Shown here: positions 20,910-30,327 of the stretch, one piece after another
How positions within the stretch are numbered: the stretch's first letter is position 1
Layout of the letters: every line of letters begins with the position of its first letter
Source of the DNA: an uncultured bacterium
GTDB taxonomy: Bacteria; Gemmatimonadota; Gemmatimonadetes; Gemmatimonadales; Gemmatimonadaceae
NCBI GenBank assembly: GCA_963978095.1
Contig: CAXBQP010000020.1
Span: 1-49,154, forward strand
Direction: 5' to 3'
DNA length: 49,154 nucleotides
Made by a program: the position numbers and the translations under genes
The notes under the pieces: generated by a model
What the model saw: only the letters and a program-made list of their open reading frames with translations
The model's database searches: none
Told to the model about the DNA's origin: nothing

Positions 20910-21398
20910 ATGCGTGGCGTCACCGTGCTGTGTGCGTGGGTCGCGATCGCGATGCCCGCTCGTCGGGTCGGCGCACAGGACTTCGCCTTCAATCCCGCGC
21001 TGCAGTGGCAGGGGCGTGCGGAGATGAGCGCGACCAGCGACGGCACCTCGGTCTTCGTGGGCGGGGGCGTGAACCTGCCAGCCGGCTATTATGTCAGGCT
21101 GGGCATCGACGGCGCCGCCGGCCAGCGTGTGCAGGACGGGGCCGCGGGCATCACCTGGCGTACGGATCTCACGGCGCGATTCCTGCTGGACCCGTTCGCG
21201 GAGCAGCGCGTGGGATGGTATGCCGGCGGCGGGTTGTCAGCCGTGCATGATGGGGCGTCCTGGAGGCCGTGGGTGACGCTGCTCGTCGGCCGCGAGGGAC
21301 CGACCGCCGGGCGGTGGAGAAGTGCCGTGGAGGGGGCCATCGGAGGCGGGGTGCGCCTCGGCGTCGTGGTGCGTCGCGCCCGGGTGAATGGACGCTGA
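20910..21398 (+). CDS. Secreted hypothetical protein, likely small outer-membrane beta-barrel
   Basis: Signal peptide VGA-Q; alternating beta-strand pattern (WYAGGGLS, YVRLGIDG). Confidence 0.65.
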   Translation: MRGVTVLCAWVAIAMPARRVGAQDFAFNPALQWQGRAEMSATSDGTSVFVGGGVNLPAGYYVRLGIDGAAGQRVQDGAAGITWRTDLTARFLLDPFAEQRVGWYAGGGLSAVHDGASWRPWVTLLVGREGPTAGRWRSAVEGAIGGGVRLGVVVRRARVNGR

Positions 21399-21424
21399 GG
21401 TGTCACTGAATCGCTGCACGAAGA

Positions 21425-21457
21425 AAACGGGGGCCTCCGTCAGGAGGGCCCCCGTTT
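21425..21457. terminator. Bidirectional intrinsic terminator
   Basis: AAACGGGGGCC...GGCCCCCGTTT between convergent genes. Confidence 0.75.
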
Positions 21458-21485
21458 CGTCAGTCGTCCGAGATGCGCGTCGCGC

Positions 21486-21755
21486 TCAGGCGATGGCCTG
21501 CTGCGGCGCCTTGGCGGGCTGCGAGAAGCGCTCGCCGAGTGTGCGGAGATCCGTCAGCTCGCCCTCGCCCAACTCGTGGTAGCGCTCCGCCATGTACGCC
21601 ATCGTATCGTCGAACCACACTTTCTGGTCTTCCAGCGCGGATCCGACCACGTCGCACCGCATGATGTGCTGGAAGAGCTCGTCGCGCGCCTGCTCGAACG
21701 GAGTGGGCTCCGCCGACACCCGACGGGGCGCTTTGCTGGGCTTCTTATGATTCAT
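21486..21755 (-). CDS. Small hypothetical helical protein (89 aa)
   Basis: Protein-like composition; ends before the terminator; divergent from dsbA. Confidence 0.75.
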   Translation of the reverse strand: MNHKKPSKAPRRVSAEPTPFEQARDELFQHIMRCDVVGSALEDQKVWFDDTMAYMAERYHELGEGELTDLRTLGERFSQPAKAPQQAIA

Positions 21756-21995
21756 TGAAGAGCGTGTGAGGTTGAAAGGAACCACCGCAATCTAAGCGGT
21801 CTTGTCCGGTAATCCTATGGCCGACCGTACTCCTTTTCGCCGGCCATCGCGACCGGTCCACGCCATCGGTCCGGCCGTCCACTGTCTGCTCTTCGACAAC
21901 GCACCGCCGCGGCGAAGCGTTGGCACCTCCGACTGTCCCGGGCGTCGACCAGACGCTATTTTCCCCGCAACAACCGAACACCTCGAGGGAACTCC

Positions 21996-22727
21996 GTGGC
22001 CAAACAGACCGTCAAACCGAGCAAGTCGGGCAACTTCGTCGGCATTCTCGTCGTCATCGCCGTGGTGGGCATTGCCGTCATCGCGTATCTGGCCAACGGC
22101 AAGGGGTCAAAAGCCGTGACGGTGGATCCCAACGTGCCGGCGGGTGCGGCCCAGGGGTATCGGTTCGGCAGGGAGGATGCGCCGGTGCAGATTCTCGAGT
22201 TCGGGGACTTCGAGTGCCCGTCGTGCGGCCAGTTCGCCACGGTCACCGAGCCCGACATCCGCGTCCGACTCGTGGCGTCAGGGCAGGTCGCCTTCACCTT
22301 CTATGATTTCCCGCTCGACATGCACCGCAACACGTGGGCCGCATCGAACGCCGCGGCCTGCGCCAACGATCAGGGGAAGTTCTGGGAGATGCACGACCGC
22401 CTGTTCGAGGGGCAGAACGACTGGAACACCCAGGCCACCAAGGATCCTGTCAGCGTCATGAAGGGGTATGCCAAGGAAATCGGGCTCGACCTCTCCACGT
22501 GGCAATCGTGCGTCGACGAGGCCAAGCACCTCGGGCGGATCAAGGGGAACCGCGAGGAAGCGCTCCGCCGCAATATCCAGAGCACCCCGACCTTCATCAT
22601 CGGCGACAAGATGGTGCCGGGTGCCATCACGTACGACACCTTCAAAGCGTACGTGGATTCGGCCGCGGCCGCGACGACGTCTCCCAAGGCGCCTCTCAAG
22701 GCGCCTGCCAAGGCCGCCGCGAAGTGA
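21996..22727 (+). CDS. DsbA-family thiol-disulfide oxidoreductase
   Basis: N-terminal TM anchor; EFGDFECPSC; cis-Pro STPTF. Confidence 0.92.
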   Translation: MAKQTVKPSKSGNFVGILVVIAVVGIAVIAYLANGKGSKAVTVDPNVPAGAAQGYRFGREDAPVQILEFGDFECPSCGQFATVTEPDIRVRLVASGQVAFTFYDFPLDMHRNTWAASNAAACANDQGKFWEMHDRLFEGQNDWNTQATKDPVSVMKGYAKEIGLDLSTWQSCVDEAKHLGRIKGNREEALRRNIQSTPTFIIGDKMVPGAITYDTFKAYVDSAAAATTSPKAPLKAPAKAAAK

Positions 22728-23149
22728 ACGCTCGGCAGTCGATCGCGGTCCTCTCGCTCTCGGGATTCTTCCTCGCCTGCTATCTGACGCTGTTCAAGCT
22801 CGGATACGTCGGCACGCTGGCCTGCGGCACGGGGGGATGCGAGACCGTGCAGCTGAGCAAGTGGGGCGACTTCCTGGGGATGCCCGTGGCGGCCTGGGGC
22901 GCGCTCTTCTACCTCGCGATGTGCGCGTCCGCGATCTGCGCCGAGTTCGGATGGGTCACTCGGCCACCGGTGCTGGCGTGGGCCATGACCCTGATGAGCG
23001 GGTGGGGCGTGCTCTTCAGCGGCTGGCTCACCTGGCTGGAACTCGCGCGCATCCACGCCATCTGCCGGTACTGCGTGGTGAGTGCGGTGCTGGTTCTCGT
23101 GCTGTTCGTCTTGAGCCTGCGTGAACTGCGCGCGCAGCGCGAGGGGTGA
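22724..23149 (+). CDS. Vitamin K epoxide reductase (VKOR) family protein
   Basis: CGTGGCETVQLS loop cysteines; CRYC; GTGA overlap with dsbA. Confidence 0.92.
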   Translation: MNARQSIAVLSLSGFFLACYLTLFKLGYVGTLACGTGGCETVQLSKWGDFLGMPVAAWGALFYLAMCASAICAEFGWVTRPPVLAWAMTLMSGWGVLFSGWLTWLELARIHAICRYCVVSAVLVLVLFVLSLRELRAQREG

Positions 23150-23159
23150 GTCGTCCGAC

Positions 23160-25124
23160 TCACCCCTCCTGGTCCTCGTACTGCTCCTTCAGCGACGATA
23201 CCACCGACGGATCGGCGAGCGTGGTGGTGTCGCCCAGCGCACGCCCTTCGGCGATGTCACGGAGCAGGCGACGCATGATCTTCCCCGAGCGTGTCTTGGG
23301 GAGGTCCGCACTGAACATGATGTCGTCCGGACGCGCGAGGGCGCCGATCTTCAGGGCGACGAACGCGCGGAGTTCGTCGCGCAGCGCCGGCGTTTGCCGG
23401 AATCCTTCGCGCAGCGTCACGAACGCCGCGATCGCTTGTCCCTTGAGCTCATGGGATTTGCCGACGACCGCCGCTTCCGCGACCGCGGGATGTTCGACGA
23501 GCGCGCTCTCGACTTCCATGGTGCCGATGCGATGTCCCGCCACGTTGAGCACGTCATCGACGCGGCCGAGGATCCAGTAGAAGCCGTCGTCGTCCCGTTT
23601 GGCCCCGTCGCCCGGGAAGTAGAGGTCCGGCCGTCCCTCCCATTTGGAGAAGTAGGTCTGGACATAGCGCGCGTCGTCATTCCAGATGGTCCGCAACATG
23701 GACGGCCAGGGGCGGGTGAGCGCCAGCAGTCCGCCGCCGACATCGATCGGCACCGCGGTGGAATCGAGCAATGCGGCCGAATAGCCCGGGAACGGGGTCG
23801 TCGCGCTCCCGGGTTTGGTGGCCGTCACGCCGGGCAGCGGGGAGATCGCGATCGCACCGGTCTCGGTCTGCCACCACGTGTCGACGATCGGGCAGCGATT
23901 GCCGCCGATCTTCTCGCGGTACCACATCCACGCTTCAGGATTGATCGGTTCGCCGACCGTGCCGAGCAGCCGTAGCGAGGAGAGGTCGTGGGCCGCGGGA
24001 TGTTCGTCCCCCCATTTCATGAAGGCCCGGATCGCCGTGGGCGCGGTGTAGAGAATCGTCACCCCATGCCGCGCGACGATGCTCCAGAAGCGGTCCCGCT
24101 CCGGCCAATCGGGAGCGCCCTCGTACATCACGCAGGTGGCGCCGTTCGCGAGCGGCCCGTACACGAGGTAGGTATGTCCCGTGATCCACCCCACGTCCGC
24201 CGTGCACCAGAACACATCGTGCGGCTTGAGGTCGAACACGAGTTTGGTCGTCGTGGCGGCGCCGGTGAGGTAGCCACCGGTCGTGTGGACGATCCCCTTG
24301 GGTTTCCCGGTCGTGCCTGAAGTGTACAAGATGAACAGCACGTCCTCGGCGTTCATCGGCTCCACCGGGCACGACGCGCTCGCCTTCTGCATGAGGCGGT
24401 GGTACCAGTGGTCGCGACCGTCCTGCATCTCCACATACGCCTCGCCGATCGGCCCGCTGCTCCGGCGCTGGACGACGATCACGTGCCGCACGCATGGCGC
24501 TTCTTCGAGCGCCTTGTCGACATTCCGCTTGAGCGGGACGATCTGCCCGCGCCGATACCCACCATCCGCGGTGATCAGCACCTTGGCCTCGGCGTCGTTC
24601 ATGCGATCACGCAGCGATTCCGGCGAGAATCCGCCGAACACCACCGAGTGAATGGCGCCGATGCGGGCGCAGGCGAGCATCGCGATGGCGGCCTCGGGAA
24701 TGAGCGGCAGATAGATGCCGACACGGTCTCCCTTCTGCACGCCCAGCGACTTCAGGACGTTCGCGAACTGCTGGACGTCCCGGTACAGGTCCCAGTACGT
24801 CAGCGTGCGCTGGTCGCCGGGCTCGCCTTCCCAAATGATCGCCGCCTGATTCCGCTTGTCTCCCAGCGCATGCCGGTCGACGCAGTTCGCCGCGATGTTC
24901 AGTGTGCCGTCGGCGAACCAGGTGGCATGAGGCGGGGTCCAGTCGAGTACACGCGTGAATGGCGTGATCCAATCGAGCTGCCGGGCCTGTGCTTCCCAGA
25001 ACGCCTCGGGCGCGGCGCTGGCCGATGCATGGAGCGCCGGCGAGTTCACATGAGCGGCCGCGGCGAAGGCCGGCGACGGTGGGAACGAGCGGTTCTCGTT
25101 CAACAACACGGAGAAGTCGGTCAT
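23160..25124 (-). CDS. acs: Acetate--CoA ligase
   Basis: [34 protein letters not shown]. Confidence 0.97.
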   Translation of the reverse strand: MTDFSVLLNENRSFPPSPAFAAAAHVNSPALHASASAAPEAFWEAQARQLDWITPFTRVLDWTPPHATWFADGTLNIAANCVDRHALGDKRNQAAIIWEGEPGDQRTLTYWDLYRDVQQFANVLKSLGVQKGDRVGIYLPLIPEAAIAMLACARIGAIHSVVFGGFSPESLRDRMNDAEAKVLITADGGYRRGQIVPLKRNVDKALEEAPCVRHVIVVQRRSSGPIGEAYVEMQDGRDHWYHRLMQKASASCPVEPMNAEDVLFILYTSGTTGKPKGIVHTTGGYLTGAATTTKLVFDLKPHDVFWCTADVGWITGHTYLVYGPLANGATCVMYEGAPDWPERDRFWSIVARHGVTILYTAPTAIRAFMKWGDEHPAAHDLSSLRLLGTVGEPINPEAWMWYREKIGGNRCPIVDTWWQTETGAIAISPLPGVTATKPGSATTPFPGYSAALLDSTAVPIDVGGGLLALTRPWPSMLRTIWNDDARYVQTYFSKWEGRPDLYFPGDGAKRDDDGFYWILGRVDDVLNVAGHRIGTMEVESALVEHPAVAEAAVVGKSHELKGQAIAAFVTLREGFRQTPALRDELRAFVALKIGALARPDDIMFSADLPKTRSGKIMRRLLRDIAEGRALGDTTTLADPSVVSSLKEQYEDQEG

Positions 25125-25215
25125 ACGCCAATCTTAGCGAACGAGCTCCCGGGGCGCACCATCTGCCGCACCAGCTCGCGGTACCATTCCGGCCCTGGGG
25201 TTGCTACGATTCTGC

Positions 25216-25755
25216 ATGATTCACTACTGGCATGAACTGTCGACCGGCGAGCACCCGCCGGAAGTGGTAACCGCGGTGGTGGAGATCCCCGGTGGCTCCC
25301 GCAACAAGTATGAACTGGACAAGGAGAGCGGGCTCTTCAAGCTCGACCGCGTGTTGTACTCGGCGGTGGTCTACCCCAGCGATTACGGCCTGATTCCGCG
25401 CACCCTTCACGAGGACGGCGACCCGCTGGATGTGCTGGTGCGCATCAATGAGCCGACCTTCACCGGGTGTCTGATCGACGTGCGGCCGATCGGCGTGCTC
25501 AAGATGCTCGACAAGGGAGAGCCGGACGACAAGATCCTGGCCGTTCCTGCACATGATCCACACAGCAGCGAGTTCTTCGACATCGCCGACATCGCGCAGC
25601 ACTATCTGCGCGAAGTGGAGCACTTCTTCCAGATCTACAAGGACCTCGAGGGGAAGCGCGTGGAGATCCTCGGGTGGGAGAAGAGCGACGCCGCGATGCG
25701 GATCATCTCCGAGAGCATCGTGCGCTACGAGTCCAAGTACGGTCCCACCGCCTGA
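25216..25755 (+). CDS. ppa: Family I inorganic pyrophosphatase
   Basis: KYELDKE, YG.IP.T, DGDPLD, DDKILAVP, HFF.IYK.LE. Confidence 0.96.
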   Translation: MIHYWHELSTGEHPPEVVTAVVEIPGGSRNKYELDKESGLFKLDRVLYSAVVYPSDYGLIPRTLHEDGDPLDVLVRINEPTFTGCLIDVRPIGVLKMLDKGEPDDKILAVPAHDPHSSEFFDIADIAQHYLREVEHFFQIYKDLEGKRVEILGWEKSDAAMRIISESIVRYESKYGPTA

Positions 25756-25778
25756 CCGTCGCGTGGCGCCCGCTCATG

Positions 25779-26255
25779 CTACGGCGCGAGTCGGGCGTAG
25801 GCGGCTTGGTGATACAGGAGGGGCGCTCCCGCTCCGGTGGCGCCGGCGACCACTTCACAGACGACGATGATGTGGTCGCCGCCGGGGTACTGCGCGACGA
25901 TGCGTGTCTCCAGCTGGGCGAGCGCGCCGGACATCAGGGCGACACCGGAGTCTCCGCGCCGGAACTCCACGCCGGAGAACCGGTCCTCTCGGCTTTCGGC
26001 GAATCGCTGCGACAGATGCTGTTGGGTCGCGGCGAGGATGCTGACCCCCAGGTGCGACGCCTCCGTGAGCGCCGGCGCGAGTGTCGCGTCGCGGTCCACA
26101 CAGACCAGCACCATCGGTGGAGAGAGGCTGAGCGAGGTGAAGGCGCTGACCGTCATCCCGTGGTCGGTGCCAGCCGAATCCCTCGTGGTGATGATGCTCA
26201 CGCCGCTGGCCAGCTGACCCATCAGCTGCCGAAAGTGCGGTATATCGATCGTCAT
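25779..26255 (-). CDS. Flavin reductase family protein
   Basis: FR..MG..ASGV.IIT, GMTVSAFTSLSL.PP, GDH, PLLY. Confidence 0.92.
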   Translation of the reverse strand: MTIDIPHFRQLMGQLASGVSIITTRDSAGTDHGMTVSAFTSLSLSPPMVLVCVDRDATLAPALTEASHLGVSILAATQQHLSQRFAESREDRFSGVEFRRGDSGVALMSGALAQLETRIVAQYPGGDHIIVVCEVVAGATGAGAPLLYHQAAYARLAP

Positions 26256-27526
26256 GCGAATCCCTGCCGCCCCGGAGGCGGTCCGAACAGTTGCCAGAGC
26301 ACCCCGGGGCGCACCATCATGCGCGCGGGGACGAGTCCATCCAAGGCCCCGCCGATGAGGTCGGTCATGGCGGGGCGTTGCTCGAATGAACGCGCCACGC
26401 GGGCAAAGAGTGCCGGGGACGTCAGCGCCGCGCTCACCAGGGCGTCCGTCCGCCACCGGGCCGAGAACGCATGGCGGCGGCTGCGCTCGTAGGCTTCCAA
26501 TGCGTGGTCGGCGCGGACGGGGGACGGCGCGCGGAGTGCTTCGAACAGATAGCTCCCCAGTGTCACGCCGCCGTGCAGGGCGGTGTGAAGGCCGTCCCCG
26601 CCGATCGCGGCAGCGCCATGCGCTGCATCGCCGACGAGTGCGATGCCCGGGGCCCAACTCCGGGGGGCATGCGTCGAGTGGGCGGAGACGGGTCCTTCCA
26701 CGCGTCGAGCACCGTGCCGGCGAGCGGCGCCGAGGCATGCCGAGACCCTCGGATGCGACGCGAGCCAACCGTCGAGGTACGCTTCGGCGTCGAGTGTTGC
26801 CGCGCCCGCGACCTGCCCCGGCACGACCAGCGTGAGGGTCGCGCCACCGTCGCGGGACGTCACCACCTCGCAGCAGCCGTCCGCGAACAGGTGGAGCGCC
26901 CGCGACGCGCCGACTCCGCCGACACCGGACAGATGCATGCGGTATACCAGACGGCGCGTGGTCCGTGCACGGGGGGCGATCCCCGAGAGGCGCGCGATGC
27001 CGGCGGCGCCCCCGTCCGCGGCCACGACAACGCGCGCGCCGCACGTGTGCACGCCGAGCAACGGCTGCGCGGGATCCGGTCGCGTGGCCTGCACGCGCAC
27101 CCCACTGACACGACCGCGGGCATCGCGGAGCACGTCGTGCGCCCGGACGCCCTCCAGGATCCGCGCTCCCACGGCGCGCGCACGGTCGCGCAGGATCGCG
27201 CCGACCTGCGCCCGGTCGATCGTCATTCCGTTTGCAGGAAGCGCCGCGGTTACTTCCTCGTCGGGCAACCCGCTGGATGTTGCCTGCAGCAAGAGCTGGG
27301 TCACGGGCGAGGCACCCGCGCTCCGCATGGCGTCGAGCGCGCCCATCTCGGAGAGCAGAGTGATCGCGGACGGTCTGACGTACCCGATCTGCGGTGCGGA
27401 GCGCGCGACGGGTGCGGGGGCGACGACCAGCACGTCCACGCCATTCCGCGCCAACGCCCAGGCGGTCGACGCGCCGGCGGGCCCTCCCCCGACGATCACG
27501 ACGTCGGCGCGTGCCGCGTCAGTCAT
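26252..27526 (-). CDS. FAD-dependent oxidoreductase (geranylgeranyl reductase-like), divergent
   Basis: DVVIVGGGPAG, AADG, LVGDAA motifs. Confidence 0.8.
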   Translation of the reverse strand: MTDAARADVVIVGGGPAGASTAWALARNGVDVLVVAPAPVARSAPQIGYVRPSAITLLSEMGALDAMRSAGASPVTQLLLQATSSGLPDEEVTAALPANGMTIDRAQVGAILRDRARAVGARILEGVRAHDVLRDARGRVSGVRVQATRPDPAQPLLGVHTCGARVVVAADGGAAGIARLSGIAPRARTTRRLVYRMHLSGVGGVGASRALHLFADGCCEVVTSRDGGATLTLVVPGQVAGAATLDAEAYLDGWLASHPRVSACLGAARRHGARRVEGPVSAHSTHAPRSWAPGIALVGDAAHGAAAIGGDGLHTALHGGVTLGSYLFEALRAPSPVRADHALEAYERSRRHAFSARWRTDALVSAALTSPALFARVARSFEQRPAMTDLIGGALDGLVPARMMVRPGVLWQLFGPPPGRQGFA

Positions 27527-27554
27527 CGACGCGCGGCCCCGCGGGCGCGAGCGC

Positions 27555-28355
27555 TCACACGCCGATGAATCGCCGCAGCCCGATGGCCGCGAGGGCGCCC
27601 ACCGAGGCTCCCCATACGTTCACGACATCGTTGCTCAGCCACCGGAAGCCGTGCCGATGCGTGGTCCGGTACCCGCACGGATGTACGCGGCGCTCGGTCC
27701 ACTCGCGGCAACGGTCGCAATAGCGGCGCATCTGGACCGTGGCGCCCGCGAGCGAATCGCTGAGCATGCCGATCGTTCCCGCTGCGGTCACGATGGAGAC
27801 CGTCCGTCGGTCCAGTTCGGGAAGCAGGATCGCGGCAAGCGTGGCAAGAAAGAGCGCCCCCGCAGCGCCAGCCAGCGTGCCGATGACGGTCACGCCCCCC
27901 GACATGCCCAGCGGTACGCGACGCCACGAGACAATCGAACGGGGGATGCCGCCGAGCATGATGCCGATCTCGGTGGCCCAGGTGTCGGCATTCGCCGCTG
28001 CGAGCGCCCCCAACGCGGCGAGTTGCCACCGCGGGCCATCGCTGCGAAAATGCATCAGCAGGCACAGGGCGAAGATCCCGCCATTCGCGGCCACTTGCCG
28101 CGCGGTGCGCTCGGCCACTTGCGGGATCGTCTGGATGGTGCGGCGCCGCTTGTCGTCCGCACGCCACACGGTGAGCGCGCTCGAACTGGCGAAGAACGCG
28201 ACCAGCAGCGTGGCCCACGCCCAGCCGGCGGCGCACGCCAGGACACCGATCACGAATGCCATCCCTTGGCCTTCCGGGGAGAGCATCCGGCGACGGCGAG
28301 CGGCACCGGTCACGGCCGCCGCCGCGATGGCGCCGGCGAGGCCGCGGAGGATCAT
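27555..28355 (-). CDS. DUF92 (TMEM19/VTE6-like) membrane protein
   Basis: RTARQVAANGG, ADTWATEIG, GMSGGVT..G, DSL.GAT.Q, NDVVN. Confidence 0.9.
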   Translation of the reverse strand: MILRGLAGAIAAAAVTGAARRRRMLSPEGQGMAFVIGVLACAAGWAWATLLVAFFASSSALTVWRADDKRRRTIQTIPQVAERTARQVAANGGIFALCLLMHFRSDGPRWQLAALGALAAANADTWATEIGIMLGGIPRSIVSWRRVPLGMSGGVTVIGTLAGAAGALFLATLAAILLPELDRRTVSIVTAAGTIGMLSDSLAGATVQMRRYCDRCREWTERRVHPCGYRTTHRHGFRWLSNDVVNVWGASVGALAAIGLRRFIGV

Positions 28356-28497
28356 CACTTGGAACTCGTTCACTGCGACGAAGAATGCCACGCGGATGGC
28401 CGAACGCAAGTTCCGCGAATCGTTCCGCGAACTGTCCGCCGACCGCGCGCCTGCATAACTTGACACCGTTCACCTTTCTGCCCTCTGCCTCCCCATC

Positions 28498-29124
28498 ATG
28501 TCCGCCTCCGTCGATCCCTTCCTGCCGCTGAGTCTCCTCGACGCCGTTCGCGCCGTGGACCTGCCGAGCGGGGACTTTGACACGGAGCTCGTCCACGAAC
28601 TGCGCAACAAGCGGTTCGGGTTGAGCGATACCGTCCTGGCGCAGCTCAAGCGTTATCAGGAAGCAGTCCGGCGCAACCAGCGACCTTCGGTCGAGGATGC
28701 GCGCGCGCTGGCGACGCTGATCGGCCGCCGTCCCGATGCCGAGGCGGTCTTCCGCGAAGCGGGACGCATCCTGGCGCGACACGCCTACAGCCGGATCTCC
28801 CCGCTCACGCGCGGCTTCATGCGCCACACGCCGGCGTTGCTCGCGCGGCCGATCGCGTTGCGGCATGTGCGCCGGGTGAGTCTGCGCTACTTCACCGGTC
28901 GCATCCGGCGCGTCGGGTCGTCGATCCTGCTCGAGGTGCGGGAGCCGGTGACGCTCGACACGGCGCCGCGCCAAGTCGGCTGCACGTACTACGAGGCCGC
29001 GTTGCGGGAGCTCATGCAGCTGCTGGTCGGCGGGGTCGGCGCGGTGGAACATGTGCGGTGCGCGGGCCGGCAAGAGGGCACGTGCGAGTGGCGCGCGGAG
29101 TGGCGTCCCATCGGCAGCCGATAG
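28498..29124 (+). CDS. Hypothetical protein with V4R/H-NOX-like C-terminal fold
   Basis: C..x22..HVRC-x7-C-EW pattern. Confidence 0.65.
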   Translation: MSASVDPFLPLSLLDAVRAVDLPSGDFDTELVHELRNKRFGLSDTVLAQLKRYQEAVRRNQRPSVEDARALATLIGRRPDAEAVFREAGRILARHAYSRISPLTRGFMRHTPALLARPIALRHVRRVSLRYFTGRIRRVGSSILLEVREPVTLDTAPRQVGCTYYEAALRELMQLLVGGVGAVEHVRCAGRQEGTCEWRAEWRPIGSR

Positions 29125-29148
29125 CTTCATCCCACACGGAGCCCCACG

Positions 29149-30327
29149 ATGATCACGACCGAGACGCTCGCCGCCGTCCAGCACGCCCTCATCGACGCCG
29201 GCGTGGACGGCTGGTTGCTCTACGACTTCCGCGGACTCAACCCGATCGCCAAATCGCTGTTGCAGCTCGAAGGGCTGGCCTCGCGCCGCATCTTCGGGTG
29301 GATCCCGGCGCGCGGGACGCCGGTCGCCATCGAACACGCCATCGAGCCGGGGACCTGGGTGCATTGGCCGGCGCAGTGGGAGCGCCGCGTCTACAGCTCC
29401 TGGCGCACGCTCGAGGCGGAGGTCGCCGCGCTCGTCGGCGGACGCACGATCCTGATGGAATATTCCCCGGGCGATGCCGTCCCGGTGGTGGACCGCGTCC
29501 CCGCTGGCGTGCTGGAGATGGTGCGCGCGACCGGCGCCACGGTGCGCACGTCCGCCGATCTGGTCTCGCGTTTCTTCGCGGTGTGGACCGATGCCCAACT
29601 GGCCTCGCACACGCGGGCCGCCGAGCACTGCGCGCGGATCGCCAAGTCGGCGATGGCCCGCGCGGGTGCGCACGTCCGTTCGGGGACGCCGATCGCGGAG
29701 CACGAACTCATGGCCTGGATACAGGGAGAGTTCGCGGCGGCCGGACTCGTCACGGATCACGGCCCGAACGTTTCGGCCAGCGAGAACGCCGCCAATCCGC
29801 ACTATGAGCCGTCGGCGCAGGCGCCACGTCTGCTTCGCGACGGTGACGTACTGCTCATCGACCTCTGGGCGACCGAGCCCGATGGGATCCACGCCGATCA
29901 AACGTGGATGGCGAGCATCGGCACTCCATCGCCGAAGCTGCTCACCGTGTGGAACGCCGTGCGTGACGCCCGCGACGCCGCCATCACGTTGATTCGTGAG
30001 CGGATCGCCGCCGGGGAGGCGATCCGCGGCGCCGAGGCGGACGATGCCGCCCGCGGGGTGATCGTCGCGGCCGGCTATGGCGCGTCTTTCACCCACCGCA
30101 CCGGTCACTCGATCGACGTGCGCGCGCTGCACGGATCGGGCCCCAATCTCGACAATCTCGAAACGCGCGAAGAGCGCCTGCTCATCCCCGGTGTCGGCTT
30201 CTCGATCGAGCCGGGCGTGTATCTCCCCGGCGAGTTCGGCGTGCGCAGCGAGGTGAACGGCTACATCGACGCGCACTCGGCCCTCATCACGCCGGGCGAA
30301 CCGCAGCGCGATCTGATCATCCTGTGA
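29149..30327 (+). CDS. M24 Xaa-Pro aminopeptidase
   Basis: ANPHY, LIDL, ADQT, HRTGH, FSIEPG.Y, GVRSE metal ligands. Confidence 0.92.
   Translation: MITTETLAAVQHALIDAGVDGWLLYDFRGLNPIAKSLLQLEGLASRRIFGWIPARGTPVAIEHAIEPGTWVHWPAQWERRVYSSWRTLEAEVAALVGGRTILMEYSPGDAVPVVDRVPAGVLEMVRATGATVRTSADLVSRFFAVWTDAQLASHTRAAEHCARIAKSAMARAGAHVRSGTPIAEHELMAWIQGEFAAAGLVTDHGPNVSASENAANPHYEPSAQAPRLLRDGDVLLIDLWATEPDGIHADQTWMASIGTPSPKLLTVWNAVRDARDAAITLIRERIAAGEAIRGAEADDAARGVIVAAGYGASFTHRTGHSIDVRALHGSGPNLDNLETREERLLIPGVGFSIEPGVYLPGEFGVRSEVNGYIDAHSALITPGEPQRDLIIL

Noticed and set aside
21920..21937. TGGCAC as a possible sigma54 -24 box (also on the minus strand near 42445-42450)
   Set aside because: No correctly spaced TTGC -12 element.
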